Of a stretch of DNA of 64,000 nt, positions 8,659 to 19,086 are shown piece by piece. Source of the DNA: Candidatus Latescibacterota bacterium. GTDB lineage: Bacteria; Krumholzibacteriota; Krumholzibacteriia; WVZY01; JAKEHA01. The DNA lies in NCBI GenBank assembly GCA_963707635.1, contig OY970173.1, forward strand, positions 2,848,001-2,912,000. The letters run 5' to 3'. Position numbers and translations under genes: made by a program. How positions within the stretch are numbered: the stretch's first letter is position 1; every line of letters starts with the position of its first letter. The notes under the pieces are model-generated. The model was not told the DNA's origin and did not search any database. It was given only the letters and a program-made list of their open reading frames with translations.

Positions 8659-10596
8659 CTAGGCCTGCTTCCCGCCCATCGCCTTGCGGTAGAGCGTCCA
8701 CGCCATGAACCCGAGGCCGGCCAGCGATACCAGCAGCATCACGCCATTCGACGCCCACGGCGCCACCAGCGGCATGTTCAACTTTGCCACCACCAGCCCG
8801 GCGATGACGATTCCCATGATCGCCTCCCCGGCCACCAGGCCCGACGAGAACAGGAACCCGCGGTGAATTACCGCCATGTGGGCGTCGCCGGTGAGCCCCT
8901 TGCGGCGCGCGCGCGTGTCGATTATTCGGTACACGACGCCGCCCACCAAAAGCGGTGTCGTCACCGTGAGCGGCAGATACATGCCGACCGCGAGCGGCAT
9001 CACGTGCAGGCGAAACGCGGTGTTCCGCGGCGCCAGAAACATCCGGTCGATCACGATGGCCGCGATCCCGACCGACGCCCCCGCAAACAGGAGTCCCCAC
9101 GGCATCGGCTGGTGGGTGAAGATGGTGCCGACGAGCTGACGGAACATCATCGCCTGCGGCGCCGCGAGTTCGTTCGCGCCCTCGAACGCCGGCCTGCCGA
9201 TTCCGTATGCCCGGTGCAGCAAGGTCAGCACCGGCGCGATCATGAACGACGCCAGCACGGTCCCCCAGATTGCCGACCACTGCTGCCGGCGGGGCGTCCC
9301 GCCGACGATGTAGCTGATCTTCAAGTCCTGGCATATATCGCCGGATAACGACGCCGCGCAACACACCACCCCGGCCACGCCGAGGGTGGCCAGCATCCCT
9401 CGCTCCCCGGTGAAGCCGAAGAGCAGGATGACTCCCGCCGCGATCAGCACGGTGCAGATGGTCATGCCCGAGGTCGGGCTGTTGGAGGACCCCACCAGCC
9501 CGACGATGTACGCCGCCACCGCGACAAAGAAAAACGCGAGAAAGAACATCAGGACCGTGGTGACGATCGTCACCGGCGTGCTGCCGGTCATCCGGATGTA
9601 CACGGCCGCCATCAGCACCATGCACAGGGCGGTCAGCCCGATGAGCCACTTGCCCCGTATGTCCTGCTCGGTGCGAAGCATCGAGCCGGTGTCGCCGTGG
9701 CGAAAACTGTGCAGCGCGCTCGCGATTCCGGCGCGAATGCTCCCGGCCACTTTGATGATCGAATACACGCCTCCGACCACCATGGCGCCGATCCCGAAGA
9801 AACGAATCTTCTGGTCCCAGATGTTGTTCACGAAGGCGGTCACGTCGCCGCCGAAATCGCCGCCCATCGCCAGAATCGGGACGGCGACCCAGAAGCTGAT
9901 CAGGCCCCCCAGGACGATGAGCATGCTCACTTCGAACCCGCAGATGAAGCCCACCGCCATCAGCATCGGCGAATTGTCGATGCCCCCGTAGATCGCGGTC
10001 TTTCCGACCCGGAACGCCTTCTCGAGGTGCGGGATCATCAGGCCGGCGACGTCGACGACGATCTTGTAGATCGCACCCACGCCCAGGGCGCCGAAGATGC
10101 CCTTCATCTCCTCGCCGCCGCGGTCGCCCGCCTTGAGCACCTCCGCGCACGCCACCCCCTCCGGGAAACGCAGCTCCTTCTGCTCGATCACCATCGCCTT
10201 CCGCAGCGGCACCATCATGGTGACGCCGATCACCCCGCCGGCGAGCGCGATCATCGTCGTCTCCAGATAGTTGAAATGGGTCCACAGCCCGAGCAGGACG
10301 ATGGCCGGAACGGTGAAGATTACCCCCGCCGCGAGCGACTCGCCGGCGCTGGCGATCGCGTGCACGATGTTGTTTTCCAGGATGGTGCCGCGGCGGAACA
10401 TGCCGCGCAGCACCCCCATCGAGATCACCGACGCCGGGATGGCGGCGCTCACCGTCATGCCGGCGTAGAGTCCGACGTAGACGTTCGCGCCGCACATGAG
10501 CAGGCACAGGATGCTCCCGAGCACGAGCGCGCGCAGACTCGTCTCCGCCATCGTCGTCGTTTCGGCGGGCACATAGGGTCGGAATTCGTTGGCCAT
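8659..10596 (-). CDS. OPT family oligopeptide transporter
   Basis: ANVYVGLYAG, ILENNIV, FPEGVACAEVL, SNSPTSG, QDLK, APQA motifs; many TM helices. Confidence 0.93.
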   Translation of the reverse strand: MANEFRPYVPAETTTMAETSLRALVLGSILCLLMCGANVYVGLYAGMTVSAAIPASVISMGVLRGMFRRGTILENNIVHAIASAGESLAAGVIFTVPAIVLLGLWTHFNYLETTMIALAGGVIGVTMMVPLRKAMVIEQKELRFPEGVACAEVLKAGDRGGEEMKGIFGALGVGAIYKIVVDVAGLMIPHLEKAFRVGKTAIYGGIDNSPMLMAVGFICGFEVSMLIVLGGLISFWVAVPILAMGGDFGGDVTAFVNNIWDQKIRFFGIGAMVVGGVYSIIKVAGSIRAGIASALHSFRHGDTGSMLRTEQDIRGKWLIGLTALCMVLMAAVYIRMTGSTPVTIVTTVLMFFLAFFFVAVAAYIVGLVGSSNSPTSGMTICTVLIAAGVILLFGFTGERGMLATLGVAGVVCCAASLSGDICQDLKISYIVGGTPRRQQWSAIWGTVLASFMIAPVLTLLHRAYGIGRPAFEGANELAAPQAMMFRQLVGTIFTHQPMPWGLLFAGASVGIAAIVIDRMFLAPRNTAFRLHVMPLAVGMYLPLTVTTPLLVGGVVYRIIDTRARRKGLTGDAHMAVIHRGFLFSSGLVAGEAIMGIVIAGLVVAKLNMPLVAPWASNGVMLLVSLAGLGFMAWTLYRKAMGGKQA

Positions 10597-10645
10597 CGCT
10601 TCCTCCCAGGGTTCCGGGCATTATCTCCGGGACGGCACCCGGCCA

Positions 10646-10680
10646 CAAACAAAAACGGCTCCCGAATTCGAGAGCCGTTC
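10646..10680 (-). terminator. Intrinsic terminator after the cupredoxin gene
   Basis: AACGGCTC...GAGCCGTT stem followed by TTTGTTT on the minus strand. Confidence 0.6.
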
Positions 10681-10707
10681 CTGTCAGCAATTGCCGGGAA
10701 ACGTCCG

Positions 10708-11142
10708 TTATTCGGTCGCCGCGTACAGCGCCTTGATGGCACCCCACGTTGACGACTGGACCGCCACCGGGTTGGCATTCACCCTGATGCTGCCGGTCAT
10801 GCCGCTGAAGCAGTGAATAACGCAATAGTACGGATAGAGTCCGGCGACGTTGAACGTGACGAACGACGAAAAGGCCGCGGCGTTCAAGTACCCCGTGTCC
10901 CACAGACCGTCCGGCGTGTCGCAGTCGGGACCGCTGGTCGAGGTGTGCTGCAACGTGGTTTGATTCCGCCAGCGCACGCGGTCTCCCGCAACAATGACGA
11001 GATCCTTCGGCGAGAAACTGCCTCCGGCCGTATTCGTCATGTTCACGGTGTAGTCGGTCGACGACGACGGAACCGCGGCGAGGGTCACGGCCAAGGCTGC
11101 CATAATACCGAACAGGACAACTGCCCGATCACTGAGGCGCAT
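10708..11142 (-). CDS. Plastocyanin/azurin-family blue copper protein with C-terminal TWGxIK motif
   Basis: Signal peptide, QHTST His, YYCVIHCFSGM (C-x2-H-x4-M), tail VQSSTWGAIKALY. Confidence 0.85.
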   Translation of the reverse strand: MRLSDRAVVLFGIMAALAVTLAAVPSSSTDYTVNMTNTAGGSFSPKDLVIVAGDRVRWRNQTTLQHTSTSGPDCDTPDGLWDTGYLNAAAFSSFVTFNVAGLYPYYCVIHCFSGMTGSIRVNANPVAVQSSTWGAIKALYAATE

Positions 11143-11278
11143 AAGAGCCCTCCGACGGTGAATAGCCAACTGCAACGTTGGGATTCTATCACGCCCGGAT
11201 CGGGAATCATAGCAAAGATATGCAAACGGCGAGGCAACCGGCTGCTGCGAATAGTGTTCGGTGGCTCGGCGGAAGGAG

Positions 11279-11355
<77 letters not shown>

Positions 11356-11402
11356 ACCCGAACCGGAGTCTATCACATGCCGGTGTTACCGGCGCATCGG
11401 CA

Positions 11403-12665
11403 TCAGCGCGCCTGCCGGTACCAGTGCACGAGTTCGCGCAAGGACGGCGGCTTTCCGTACATGAGCGCCCCCACTCGAAACACGCGCGCGGCGAAGTTGA
11501 TCGTGAAGTAGATCGAGACCGCCAGGAGGGCCATGCTCAACGCCACCTGCCAGGCGGGCGGCTGAATCAGGATGATCCGGGCGAGCATCACCATGGGGCT
11601 GAACAGCGGCAGGAGCGAGAGCGTGACGGCGAGCGGGCTGTTCGGGTTCTGAATCAGGAGCATCAGCGTGAGCAGCGGCACGATCAGGGGGAGCGTGATC
11701 AGCCCCTGGAGTTGCTGCGCGTCCTGATCGGTGCTGCACATCGCCCCGACCGTCATGAACAGGGCGGAAAACAGCAGGAACCCGAGGACGAAGAAGCCCA
11801 GGAAATAGACGAACACGATCGGCGCGATGTGGACGGACGACAGGATCGCCACCACGCCGGTGGCGGCGTAGCGTGCTGACCGCGGCGCCGATCAGCGCCC
11901 AGATGGTGAGCTGCGTCAACCCGGCCAGCCCCACCCCGATCAGCTTCCCGGCCATGAAATCGCGCGGGGTCACCGAGCTCAGGATCACTTCCATGATGCG
12001 CGTGCCCTTCTCCTCGATGATGCTCTTGGAGATGGTGACGCCCCAGGAGAGGAGCGCCATGTAGAGGATCAACGTGAACGCGAACACGACCCCATAATCG
12101 CCCATCACGTTCTTCTTCTCCACGCCGCCCGCGGCGGTCACCTGGCTCATCTCGAGACTGACGGCGGTCGTGAGCGACTTCACGCGCCCGTAGTCCAGCC
12201 CCTCCGCGGCGAGGCGCTGCTTGATCACGATGTCGTTGAGCGCGTCCTCGATGCGCGTGAGCACGTTGAAATTCCGCTCGTCGCGCGTGATGTACCCGGC
12301 CTTGCCGTCGTCCAGCACGGACGCCGGAATGGTGATGACGATATCGAACACTCCGTTCTGCACATCGCCGACCCGGGCCGTGCGTTCGGCCTCGAACCGG
12401 TCGCCCGGCGCCACCCCGACCGTCGACGCGTATTTCGGGCTCCCGTCGTCGAGCGTATCGGTGAGCGCCGCCGCCAGCTCCGCGCCCATGGCACCGGTCT
12501 GGTCCAGGATCGCCACCCGGTAGCTCTTGGCCGGCTCCAGCACCGAAAACAACACCGGCACGACGACGAAGACCAGCATCAGCACCGGCACCAGCAGCGT
12601 GCTGATGATGAAGCTCTTACGCCGGACGATCTCGGTGTACTCGCGGCGGATGATCCGGGTGGTTT

Positions 12666-12669
<4 letters not shown>
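11403..12669 (-). CDS. ABC-2 type permease (NatB/YhaP-like); +1 frameshift near 11870
   Basis: [22 protein letters not shown]; the C-terminal TM part continues in ORF 11403..11855. Confidence 0.88.
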
Positions 12670-13571
<902 letters not shown>

Positions 13572-13573
13572 CG

Positions 13574-14251
13574 CTATCGCTCGCGCGCCAGCTCGAAGCG
13601 AAGCAGCATCTCGCGCATTTCGACCAGCGCGCGATAGCGATGGCTGGTCCGGTTCTTCTCCGCGGCGGTCATCTCGGCCAGGGTCTTGCGGGAGGCGGCA
13701 TCCACGAACACGGGGTCGTAGCCGAACCCGTGGGTGCCGCGGGGTGCGAGTGCGATCTCGCCCGGCAGGACGCCGTCGGCGAGCAGGCAATCGGCGCCGC
13801 CGGGCGGCACCTCGGAGCCGCGCGCCGCCACCGCGGCCATGCGCTCCGCATCCGCAGGGACGAGTGCCAGCGCCATCACGGTGCGAAAGCGTGCGCCGCG
13901 CCGGCCCTCGGCCACGCCGTTCATTTCGCGCAGCAGCCTGGTGCAGTTGTCCGCGTACGATGCCTTCTCCCCCGCGTAGCGGGCCGCGAGCACGCCCGGG
14001 GCACCCCCCAGCGCGTCGACCTCGAGCCCGGTGTCGTCGGCCAGCGCGGAGCAGCCGGTGTGCCCCCGCGCCTCGCGTGCCTTCTTGAGCGCGTTTGCTT
14101 CGAGCGTGGCGCCGTCTTCGACCGTCGCGGGGGCAGTTGGAAACGCATCCAGAGTCGTGACCTCGACGTCGATATCCGACAGCAGGTCGAGGATTTCGCG
14201 CGCCTTGTCCCGATTGTGCGTGGCCAGCACCAGCCTCACGTCCGCCCTCAT
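13574..14251 (-). CDS. rdgB: Non-canonical purine NTP pyrophosphatase (RdgB/HAM1)
   Basis: LATHNRDK, ADDTGL, GFGYDPVF, KNRTSHR; follows rph. Confidence 0.93.
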   Translation of the reverse strand: MRADVRLVLATHNRDKAREILDLLSDIDVEVTTLDAFPTAPATVEDGATLEANALKKAREARGHTGCSALADDTGLEVDALGGAPGVLAARYAGEKASYADNCTRLLREMNGVAEGRRGARFRTVMALALVPADAERMAAVAARGSEVPPGGADCLLADGVLPGEIALAPRGTHGFGYDPVFVDAASRKTLAEMTAAEKNRTSHRYRALVEMREMLLRFELARER

Positions 14252-14958
14252 TTGATCCCGAGCGCCGTGCGCTGCGCTTGGAACAGCGCCGTGCACCCGT
14301 TGTGCGCGAGCCGCAGCATCTCGTCGAACTGCACCCGGGTGAACGGCATTCGCTCCGCGGTGCCCTGCACTTCGATGTAGGCACCGCTTTCCGCCATGAC
14401 CACGTTCAGATCGACGTCGGCGGTCGAGTCCTCATGGTAGGCGAGGTCGAGCGCCGGGCGTCCGTCCAGCATGCCCACGCTCACCGCCGAGACCAGGAAG
14501 TTGATGGGACTCTGCTTGAGCTCGAGCGTGCGAATCGCGTCGTAGAGCGCCACGCAGGCGCCGGTGACGGACGCGGTCCGCGTGCCGCCGTCGGCCTCGA
14601 TGACGTCGCAGTCGACGATGATCGTGTTCTCGCCCAGCATCTCCATCGCCACCGCCGCCCGGCAGCTGCGCCCGATGAGGCGCTGAATCTCGTGCGTGCG
14701 CCCGCTGCGCCCGCGCTCCGCCTCGCGCTTGATGCGGTCGCGCGAGCTGCGCGGGAGCATGCCGTATTCGGCCGTGATCCAGCCGCGCCTCTCGCCCATC
14801 ATCCAGCGCGGGACGCCCGGCTCCAGCGTGGCGCTGCAAATCACCCGCGTCTCGCCGATTTCGATCAGCGCCGAGCCTTCGGCGTGGCGCAGGTACCCGC
14901 GCTCGATGCGCACGGGGCGAAGTTGTTCGAGCGAGCGTCCGTCTTTTCGCATTAGCAC
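14248..14958 (-). CDS. rph: Ribonuclease PH
   Basis: TAEYGMLP, EIQRLIGRS, ADGGTRTAS, EVQGTAE. Confidence 0.97.
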   Translation of the reverse strand: MLMRKDGRSLEQLRPVRIERGYLRHAEGSALIEIGETRVICSATLEPGVPRWMMGERRGWITAEYGMLPRSSRDRIKREAERGRSGRTHEIQRLIGRSCRAAVAMEMLGENTIIVDCDVIEADGGTRTASVTGACVALYDAIRTLELKQSPINFLVSAVSVGMLDGRPALDLAYHEDSTADVDLNVVMAESGAYIEVQGTAERMPFTRVQFDEMLRLAHNGCTALFQAQRTALGIK

Positions 14959-14973
14959 CTCTTCATGCCATTA

Positions 14974-15075
14974 CGCGGGTCCTGGCGCCGACAGCCCGGG
15001 GCGGCTCGTTTCGTCCGCGCCTGCGCACTAGACTCACTCGCCGCCCGGGCACCCGTCGGCGCCACCCGCTCGTGC
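14974..15075 (+). repeat. Structured intergenic repeat, copy 1
   Basis: 14986-15017 is the exact reverse complement of 18112-18143; the flanks share motifs and form an imperfect hairpin. Confidence 0.85.
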
Positions 15076-15083
15076 AGGAGATC

Positions 15084-15881
15084 CTATAGCACGGAGACCA
15101 GTTCGATGTCCGCCACGCGGCGTCCCAGGAATCGCGTGGCGATGTCGCCGAAACTCGGGCTGGTATCGCTCAACACGATGTGGAATTCCCCCGTGCCGGA
15201 GGGCGCGGCGATCCCGCGCGCCGCGAGCACGCGCGCCACCTCGCGCGCCGTTTCCACCGCCGAGTCCACCAGCGTGACACCCGCGCCCAACACCCCGGTG
15301 ATCACCGGCTTGAGAAGCGGATAGTGCGTGCACCCCAGCACGAGCGCGTCGATGTTCGTGCCTTCGTACGGCCGCAGGTACTCCTGGGCGACCAGCCGCG
15401 TCACCGGCGTGTCGATCCAGCCTTCCTCGACCAGCGGGACGAACAGCGGGCAGGCCTGCGGAATTACCACCGCGTCGGGCAGCGCGGCGAGGATCTTCGC
15501 CTGGTACGCCCCCGACCGGATGGTGCCCGGGGTGCCGATGACGCCGATGCGGCGGCGCCGGGTGGCCGCGACGGCGGCGCGCACGCCGGGTTCGATCACG
15601 CCCACGATCGGGACCGGAAACTCGTGCTCGAGCTCGGGAAGCGCCTCCGACGACGCGGTGTTGCACGCGATCACGACCATCTTCACACCCCGGTCGAGGA
15701 GGAAGCTGACGTTCTCGCGCGAGAAGCGGCGCACGGTGTCGGCGCTCTTGGTGCCGTAGGGCACGCGCGCCGTGTCGCCAAAATAGACGTACGACTCCGA
15801 GGGCAGGTGCCCGAGCAGCTCCTTGAGCACGGTCAGCCCGCCGATCCCGGAATCGAACACGCCGATGGGTTGTTTCGACAT
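15084..15881 (-). CDS. murI: Glutamate racemase
   Basis: FDSGIGGLTV, IACNTAS, LGCTHYP. Confidence 0.97.
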   Translation of the reverse strand: MSKQPIGVFDSGIGGLTVLKELLGHLPSESYVYFGDTARVPYGTKSADTVRRFSRENVSFLLDRGVKMVVIACNTASSEALPELEHEFPVPIVGVIEPGVRAAVAATRRRRIGVIGTPGTIRSGAYQAKILAALPDAVVIPQACPLFVPLVEEGWIDTPVTRLVAQEYLRPYEGTNIDALVLGCTHYPLLKPVITGVLGAGVTLVDSAVETAREVARVLAARGIAAPSGTGEFHIVLSDTSPSFGDIATRFLGRRVADIELVSVL

Positions 15882-15887
15882 GGCTTC

Positions 15888-16496
15888 CTAACGCCAGTCG
15901 CGGACGTAGAACGGCTCGTCCGCGCGAATGTGTCCCGCGATGGTTTCGATCTGCGAGCCGTCGACCAGGATCTGCACCTTCTGCACCTCGGGGAAGTTCT
16001 CTCCCACGGTGCGGACGATCGAGGCAACGGTGCAGTACTCGGCCGCGCTGCCCCCGGGGTGCGACGCGACCAACTCGCTCGAGAAATCGAGATACACCGT
16101 TCCGCTGTCGGTGTCCACCATCACCGCCAGCAATCGCGTATCGGCAGGGATGGCGCTCAGCGCCTTCGGGTCTTCCGGTCCGGTCAAGAGCGCGTCGACG
16201 ACCTGGCGGAGCTGCTCGTCGATCCGGTGCCCCACCGCCACCTCCCGGGGCTCGCTCACCAGCACGGGCTCGTCCGCGCCGGCGAAGTACAGCGTCACCG
16301 TGCGGCTCCCTTCCGGGACCCGCTCCACCCGCGTCGGCGCCGGCGCCTCCGGCTCCTTCGGGCCCCGGGCCGTGAACCACAGCACCACCCCCAGCACCAC
16401 CGCCGCCACCACGGCGATCGCGATCAGATGACGGGCGCGCAGTCCGTCATGCCGATCCGGGTGTTCCTCCATCATCGGGTCGAAGGGATCCGACAC
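15888..16496 (-). CDS. GerMN domain membrane-anchored protein
   Basis: N-terminal TM, TLYF, VYLDFS, SIVRT...VQILVDG; located between amidase and murI. Confidence 0.85.
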   Translation of the reverse strand: MSDPFDPMMEEHPDRHDGLRARHLIAIAVVAAVVLGVVLWFTARGPKEPEAPAPTRVERVPEGSRTVTLYFAGADEPVLVSEPREVAVGHRIDEQLRQVVDALLTGPEDPKALSAIPADTRLLAVMVDTDSGTVYLDFSSELVASHPGGSAAEYCTVASIVRTVGENFPEVQKVQILVDGSQIETIAGHIRADEPFYVRDWR

Positions 16497-16497
16497 G

Positions 16498-17985
16498 CTA
16501 CCGGTACCTTTCCTGCATGCGGCGAATCGCCTCCACGATCCCCTCCGCCACCCGGCGGTGGAAATCCGGGTCCACCAGCATCCGTTCCTCGGCCGGGTTG
16601 GACAGGAAGGCGGTTTCGATCAGCACCGCCGGCATCTTCGCCCCCTGGAGCACGACGAAGTTGGCCTGCTTCACACCGCGGCTCGCCAGCTGCACGCGCG
16701 ACATCATCTCGCGCTGGATGTACTCCGCGAACGTGCTGCTCTGCGCGATGTACTCGTTTTGAACCAGGTCCCACAGGATGAACTCGACGTCGCCGCGCGG
16801 TCCGCCCTCGTCCCCGTTGCCGGCCGCGTTCTCGAACCGCGCCAGCGCGCGGTCGGACTCGCTGCGCGCCGGCGAGAGAAAGTAGGACTCGAACCCGCCG
16901 GTGTGGTCGTTGAACCAGCTGTTGCAATGGATGCTGACGAAGAGGTCGGCGCCCGAGGTGTTCGCGATCTCGGTGCGCTCGCGCAACTCCACCAGCCGGT
17001 CGTCGTCGCGGGTCATGACCACCTCGAGCTGCAGCTCCTCCTGGATGCGGTCCCGCACCGCGCGGGCGATGGCGAGCGTCACGTCCTTCTCGAACACCCC
17101 GCTCGCGCTTTCCTTGCCGACCTCGCGCCCGCCGTGACCGGCGTCGATGCAGATCTTGTCGATCACCAGGCCCGCGCGCTCGCCCGCGGCCTCGTCGACC
17201 ACTTCGACCCCGCCGGCTTCCGGCTGGCCGCTGCGCTCGAGCACGATGACGAGCTGGGGCGGGGTGTCCACGCGGTCGACCCGCATGCGCCGGACGTCGC
17301 GCGAGATGTCGATGGTCACGAACGCGTCGCGCTCGCTCTGCTCGGCGCGCACGCCGGATACCAGGCCGCGTTTTTCGCTCACGCTGAACGCGCGCAGGTC
17401 GACGCGGCCGCCGTAGAGCTTCAGGCGGATCAGCCCGGGCGTCCCGCTGTCGACGTGGTAGACCAGCGGCTCGGTGAGGTGGAGCGTGGCGGTGGTGCGG
17501 TCGCGCGCGGCGTCGAAGGTGATGCGCGTCACGTTGAACCCGATTCCGCGCACCGTGAGTCGCTTCTCGTCCTCGTTCCACTCGAAGCCGCGGGGGGTGT
17601 GCTGCGAGGCGATCTCGAGGATGAACTCGAGCGGGACGAGCACGAGCCCGGCGTCGTAGCGGGCCGCCGCGCGCATCATGACCGGCTCGCCGTCGACCAC
17701 CACCACCCGGGTGTCGACCGTCAGCACGAAGCGGGCGTGCCCGACGCCGAGCACGATCTTCCGGCTCGACGCGTTCCAGAACTGGGTGGCGCGCAACAGC
17801 CGGGCGACGTCGTTGGCGCGCAGGAAGAGGACGCCGTCGTCCCCGGAGAGCTCGGTCGCCGCCACCCGCTCCGAGGGGCGGCCGTCGTCGTATGCCACCT
17901 CGATCGTGGTGTCGGCCGCGATGGCGATCGGATGCAGGAGTGCCATGAAGGCTCCCAGCACAATGATGAGGATGGACCGTTTCAT
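16498..17985 (-). CDS. N-acetylmuramoyl-L-alanine amidase (Amidase_3 with N-terminal accessory domains)
   Basis: IDAGHGG, EKDVTL, FVSIHCNS, LIETAFLSNP; signal peptide MKRSIL. Confidence 0.93.
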   Translation of the reverse strand: MKRSILIIVLGAFMALLHPIAIAADTTIEVAYDDGRPSERVAATELSGDDGVLFLRANDVARLLRATQFWNASSRKIVLGVGHARFVLTVDTRVVVVDGEPVMMRAAARYDAGLVLVPLEFILEIASQHTPRGFEWNEDEKRLTVRGIGFNVTRITFDAARDRTTATLHLTEPLVYHVDSGTPGLIRLKLYGGRVDLRAFSVSEKRGLVSGVRAEQSERDAFVTIDISRDVRRMRVDRVDTPPQLVIVLERSGQPEAGGVEVVDEAAGERAGLVIDKICIDAGHGGREVGKESASGVFEKDVTLAIARAVRDRIQEELQLEVVMTRDDDRLVELRERTEIANTSGADLFVSIHCNSWFNDHTGGFESYFLSPARSESDRALARFENAAGNGDEGGPRGDVEFILWDLVQNEYIAQSSTFAEYIQREMMSRVQLASRGVKQANFVVLQGAKMPAVLIETAFLSNPAEERMLVDPDFHRRVAEGIVEAIRRMQERYR

Positions 17986-18040
17986 GCGTCGAATTCGGAC
18001 GATAGCAGACGCTTTCCGGCCCCGGAACACTTTGTTTGCG

Positions 18041-18157
18041 GCACGCGAGCGGGTGTGCGACCGACGGGACGCCGCGGGCGTCGGCGCAGCCGAGGGCTAG
18101 TTCGTCCGGCACGGACGAAACGAGCCGCCCCGGGCTGTCGGCGACACCCGCTCGTGC
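18041..18157 (-). repeat. Structured intergenic repeat, copy 2
   Basis: Outer stem CGAGCGGGTGT/ACACCCGCTCG, internal TTCGTCCG/CGGACGAA hairpin; homologous to 14974-15075. Confidence 0.85.
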
Positions 18158-18159
18158 TC

Positions 18160-18609
18160 TCAGCGGGAGCGCTTCAGCGCGCGGTCGACGTCGCGTTTCG
18201 CCTCGCGCTCGGCGATGGTTGCCCGCTTGTCGTAGAGCTTCTTGCCTTTGGCGAGCCCGAGTTCCACCTTCGCGATCCCGCGCTCCGTGAAATAGAGCTT
18301 CAGCGCCACAAGTGTCATGCCCTTCTCGTTCACCTTGCCGATGAGCTTGCGGATCTCTGCGCGGTTCATGAGGAGCTTCCGGTCCCGATCGGGGTCGAGC
18401 GTGCGGTCGGAGGTATGCGAATAGGGGCTGATGTGGAGGCCCCGCAGGACCACCTCACCCTGAAGAATCAGCGCGAACGAATCCCGCAGGTTCGCCCTCC
18501 CCTCGCGCAGCGATTTCACCTCCGTGCCGCGGAGCGCGATCCCCGCTTCGACGGTTTCCTCGATCGCGAAATCGTGGCGCGCCTTCTTGTTCTGGACGAT
18601 GATTTTCAT
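18160..18609 (-). CDS. smpB: SsrA-binding protein
   Basis: NKKARHDF, EAGIALRGTEVKSLR, GKKLYDKR. Confidence 0.98.
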   Translation of the reverse strand: MKIIVQNKKARHDFAIEETVEAGIALRGTEVKSLREGRANLRDSFALILQGEVVLRGLHISPYSHTSDRTLDPDRDRKLLMNRAEIRKLIGKVNEKGMTLVALKLYFTERGIAKVELGLAKGKKLYDKRATIAEREAKRDVDRALKRSR

Positions 18610-18802
18610 TGGGTCCGCAGAAGCCTACGTGCCGGCGGCGACGGATGCAACCATCATCTAAGTAACAAGTTATGATTTACCTAATCTTGTGCGACATACC
18701 AGTATCAGAGCGGGGCGCCAGGACGGGCATATCCATGTAACGTAAAGTAATACATTATGTTAACAGAGCGTTGTTCGCGCTGTACGAGGGACCGGTCTTT
18801 CG

Positions 18803-18831
18803 TTGACTTTTCCCCTGTCATCGACTAGTGT
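18803..18831 (+). promoter_or_regulatory. sigma-70 promoter for tRNA-Leu
   Basis: TTGACT-N17-TAGTGT. Confidence 0.6.
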
Positions 18832-18913
18832 GCCCTCCGAGGCGTCGATGAGGGAATGGCTATCCTTGGTCGCCGTCCTCTTACTGCCAAGCCTGCTGGA
18901 GTTTTTTCAACGG

Positions 18914-19000
18914 GCCGAAGTGGTGGAACTGGTAGACGCGCTGCGTTCAGGGCGCAGTGAGGGTAACCTCGTGGGGGTTCGACTCCCCCCTTCGGCACCA
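18914..19000 (+). tRNA. tRNA-Leu(CAG)
   Basis: GCCGAAGTGGTGGAACTGGTAGACGCGCTGCGTT-CAG-GGCGCAG, long variable arm, CCA end. Confidence 0.97.
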
Positions 19001-19020
19001 TGAAATCGCGATAGTAGGTC

Positions 19021-19065
19021 GACCCTTCGGTCCTGCACCAACCGGGACCGAAGGGTCTTTCTTTT
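19021..19065 (+). terminator. Intrinsic terminator after tRNA-Leu
   Basis: GACCCTTCGGTCC...GGACCGAAGGGTC then TTTCTTTT. Confidence 0.85.
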
Positions 19066-19086
19066 CCTCCGGCGATCGCACATGAC

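Noticed and set aside
18095..18143. Hammerhead ribozyme (GTCC..GGACGAAAC..GTC)
   Set aside because: The CUGANGA core is absent (CTAGTTC instead), no stem I forms, and stem II is not kept in the other copy.
18735..18765. Chromosomal dif site
   Set aside because: The spacer is 9 bp rather than 6, the left arm does not fit XerC at canonical spacing, and gene-strand bias shows no clear switch. Kept only as a possible binding site.
18610..18913. tmRNA (ssrA) next to smpB
   Set aside because: No tRNA-Ala-like ends or tag reading frame were recognisable.
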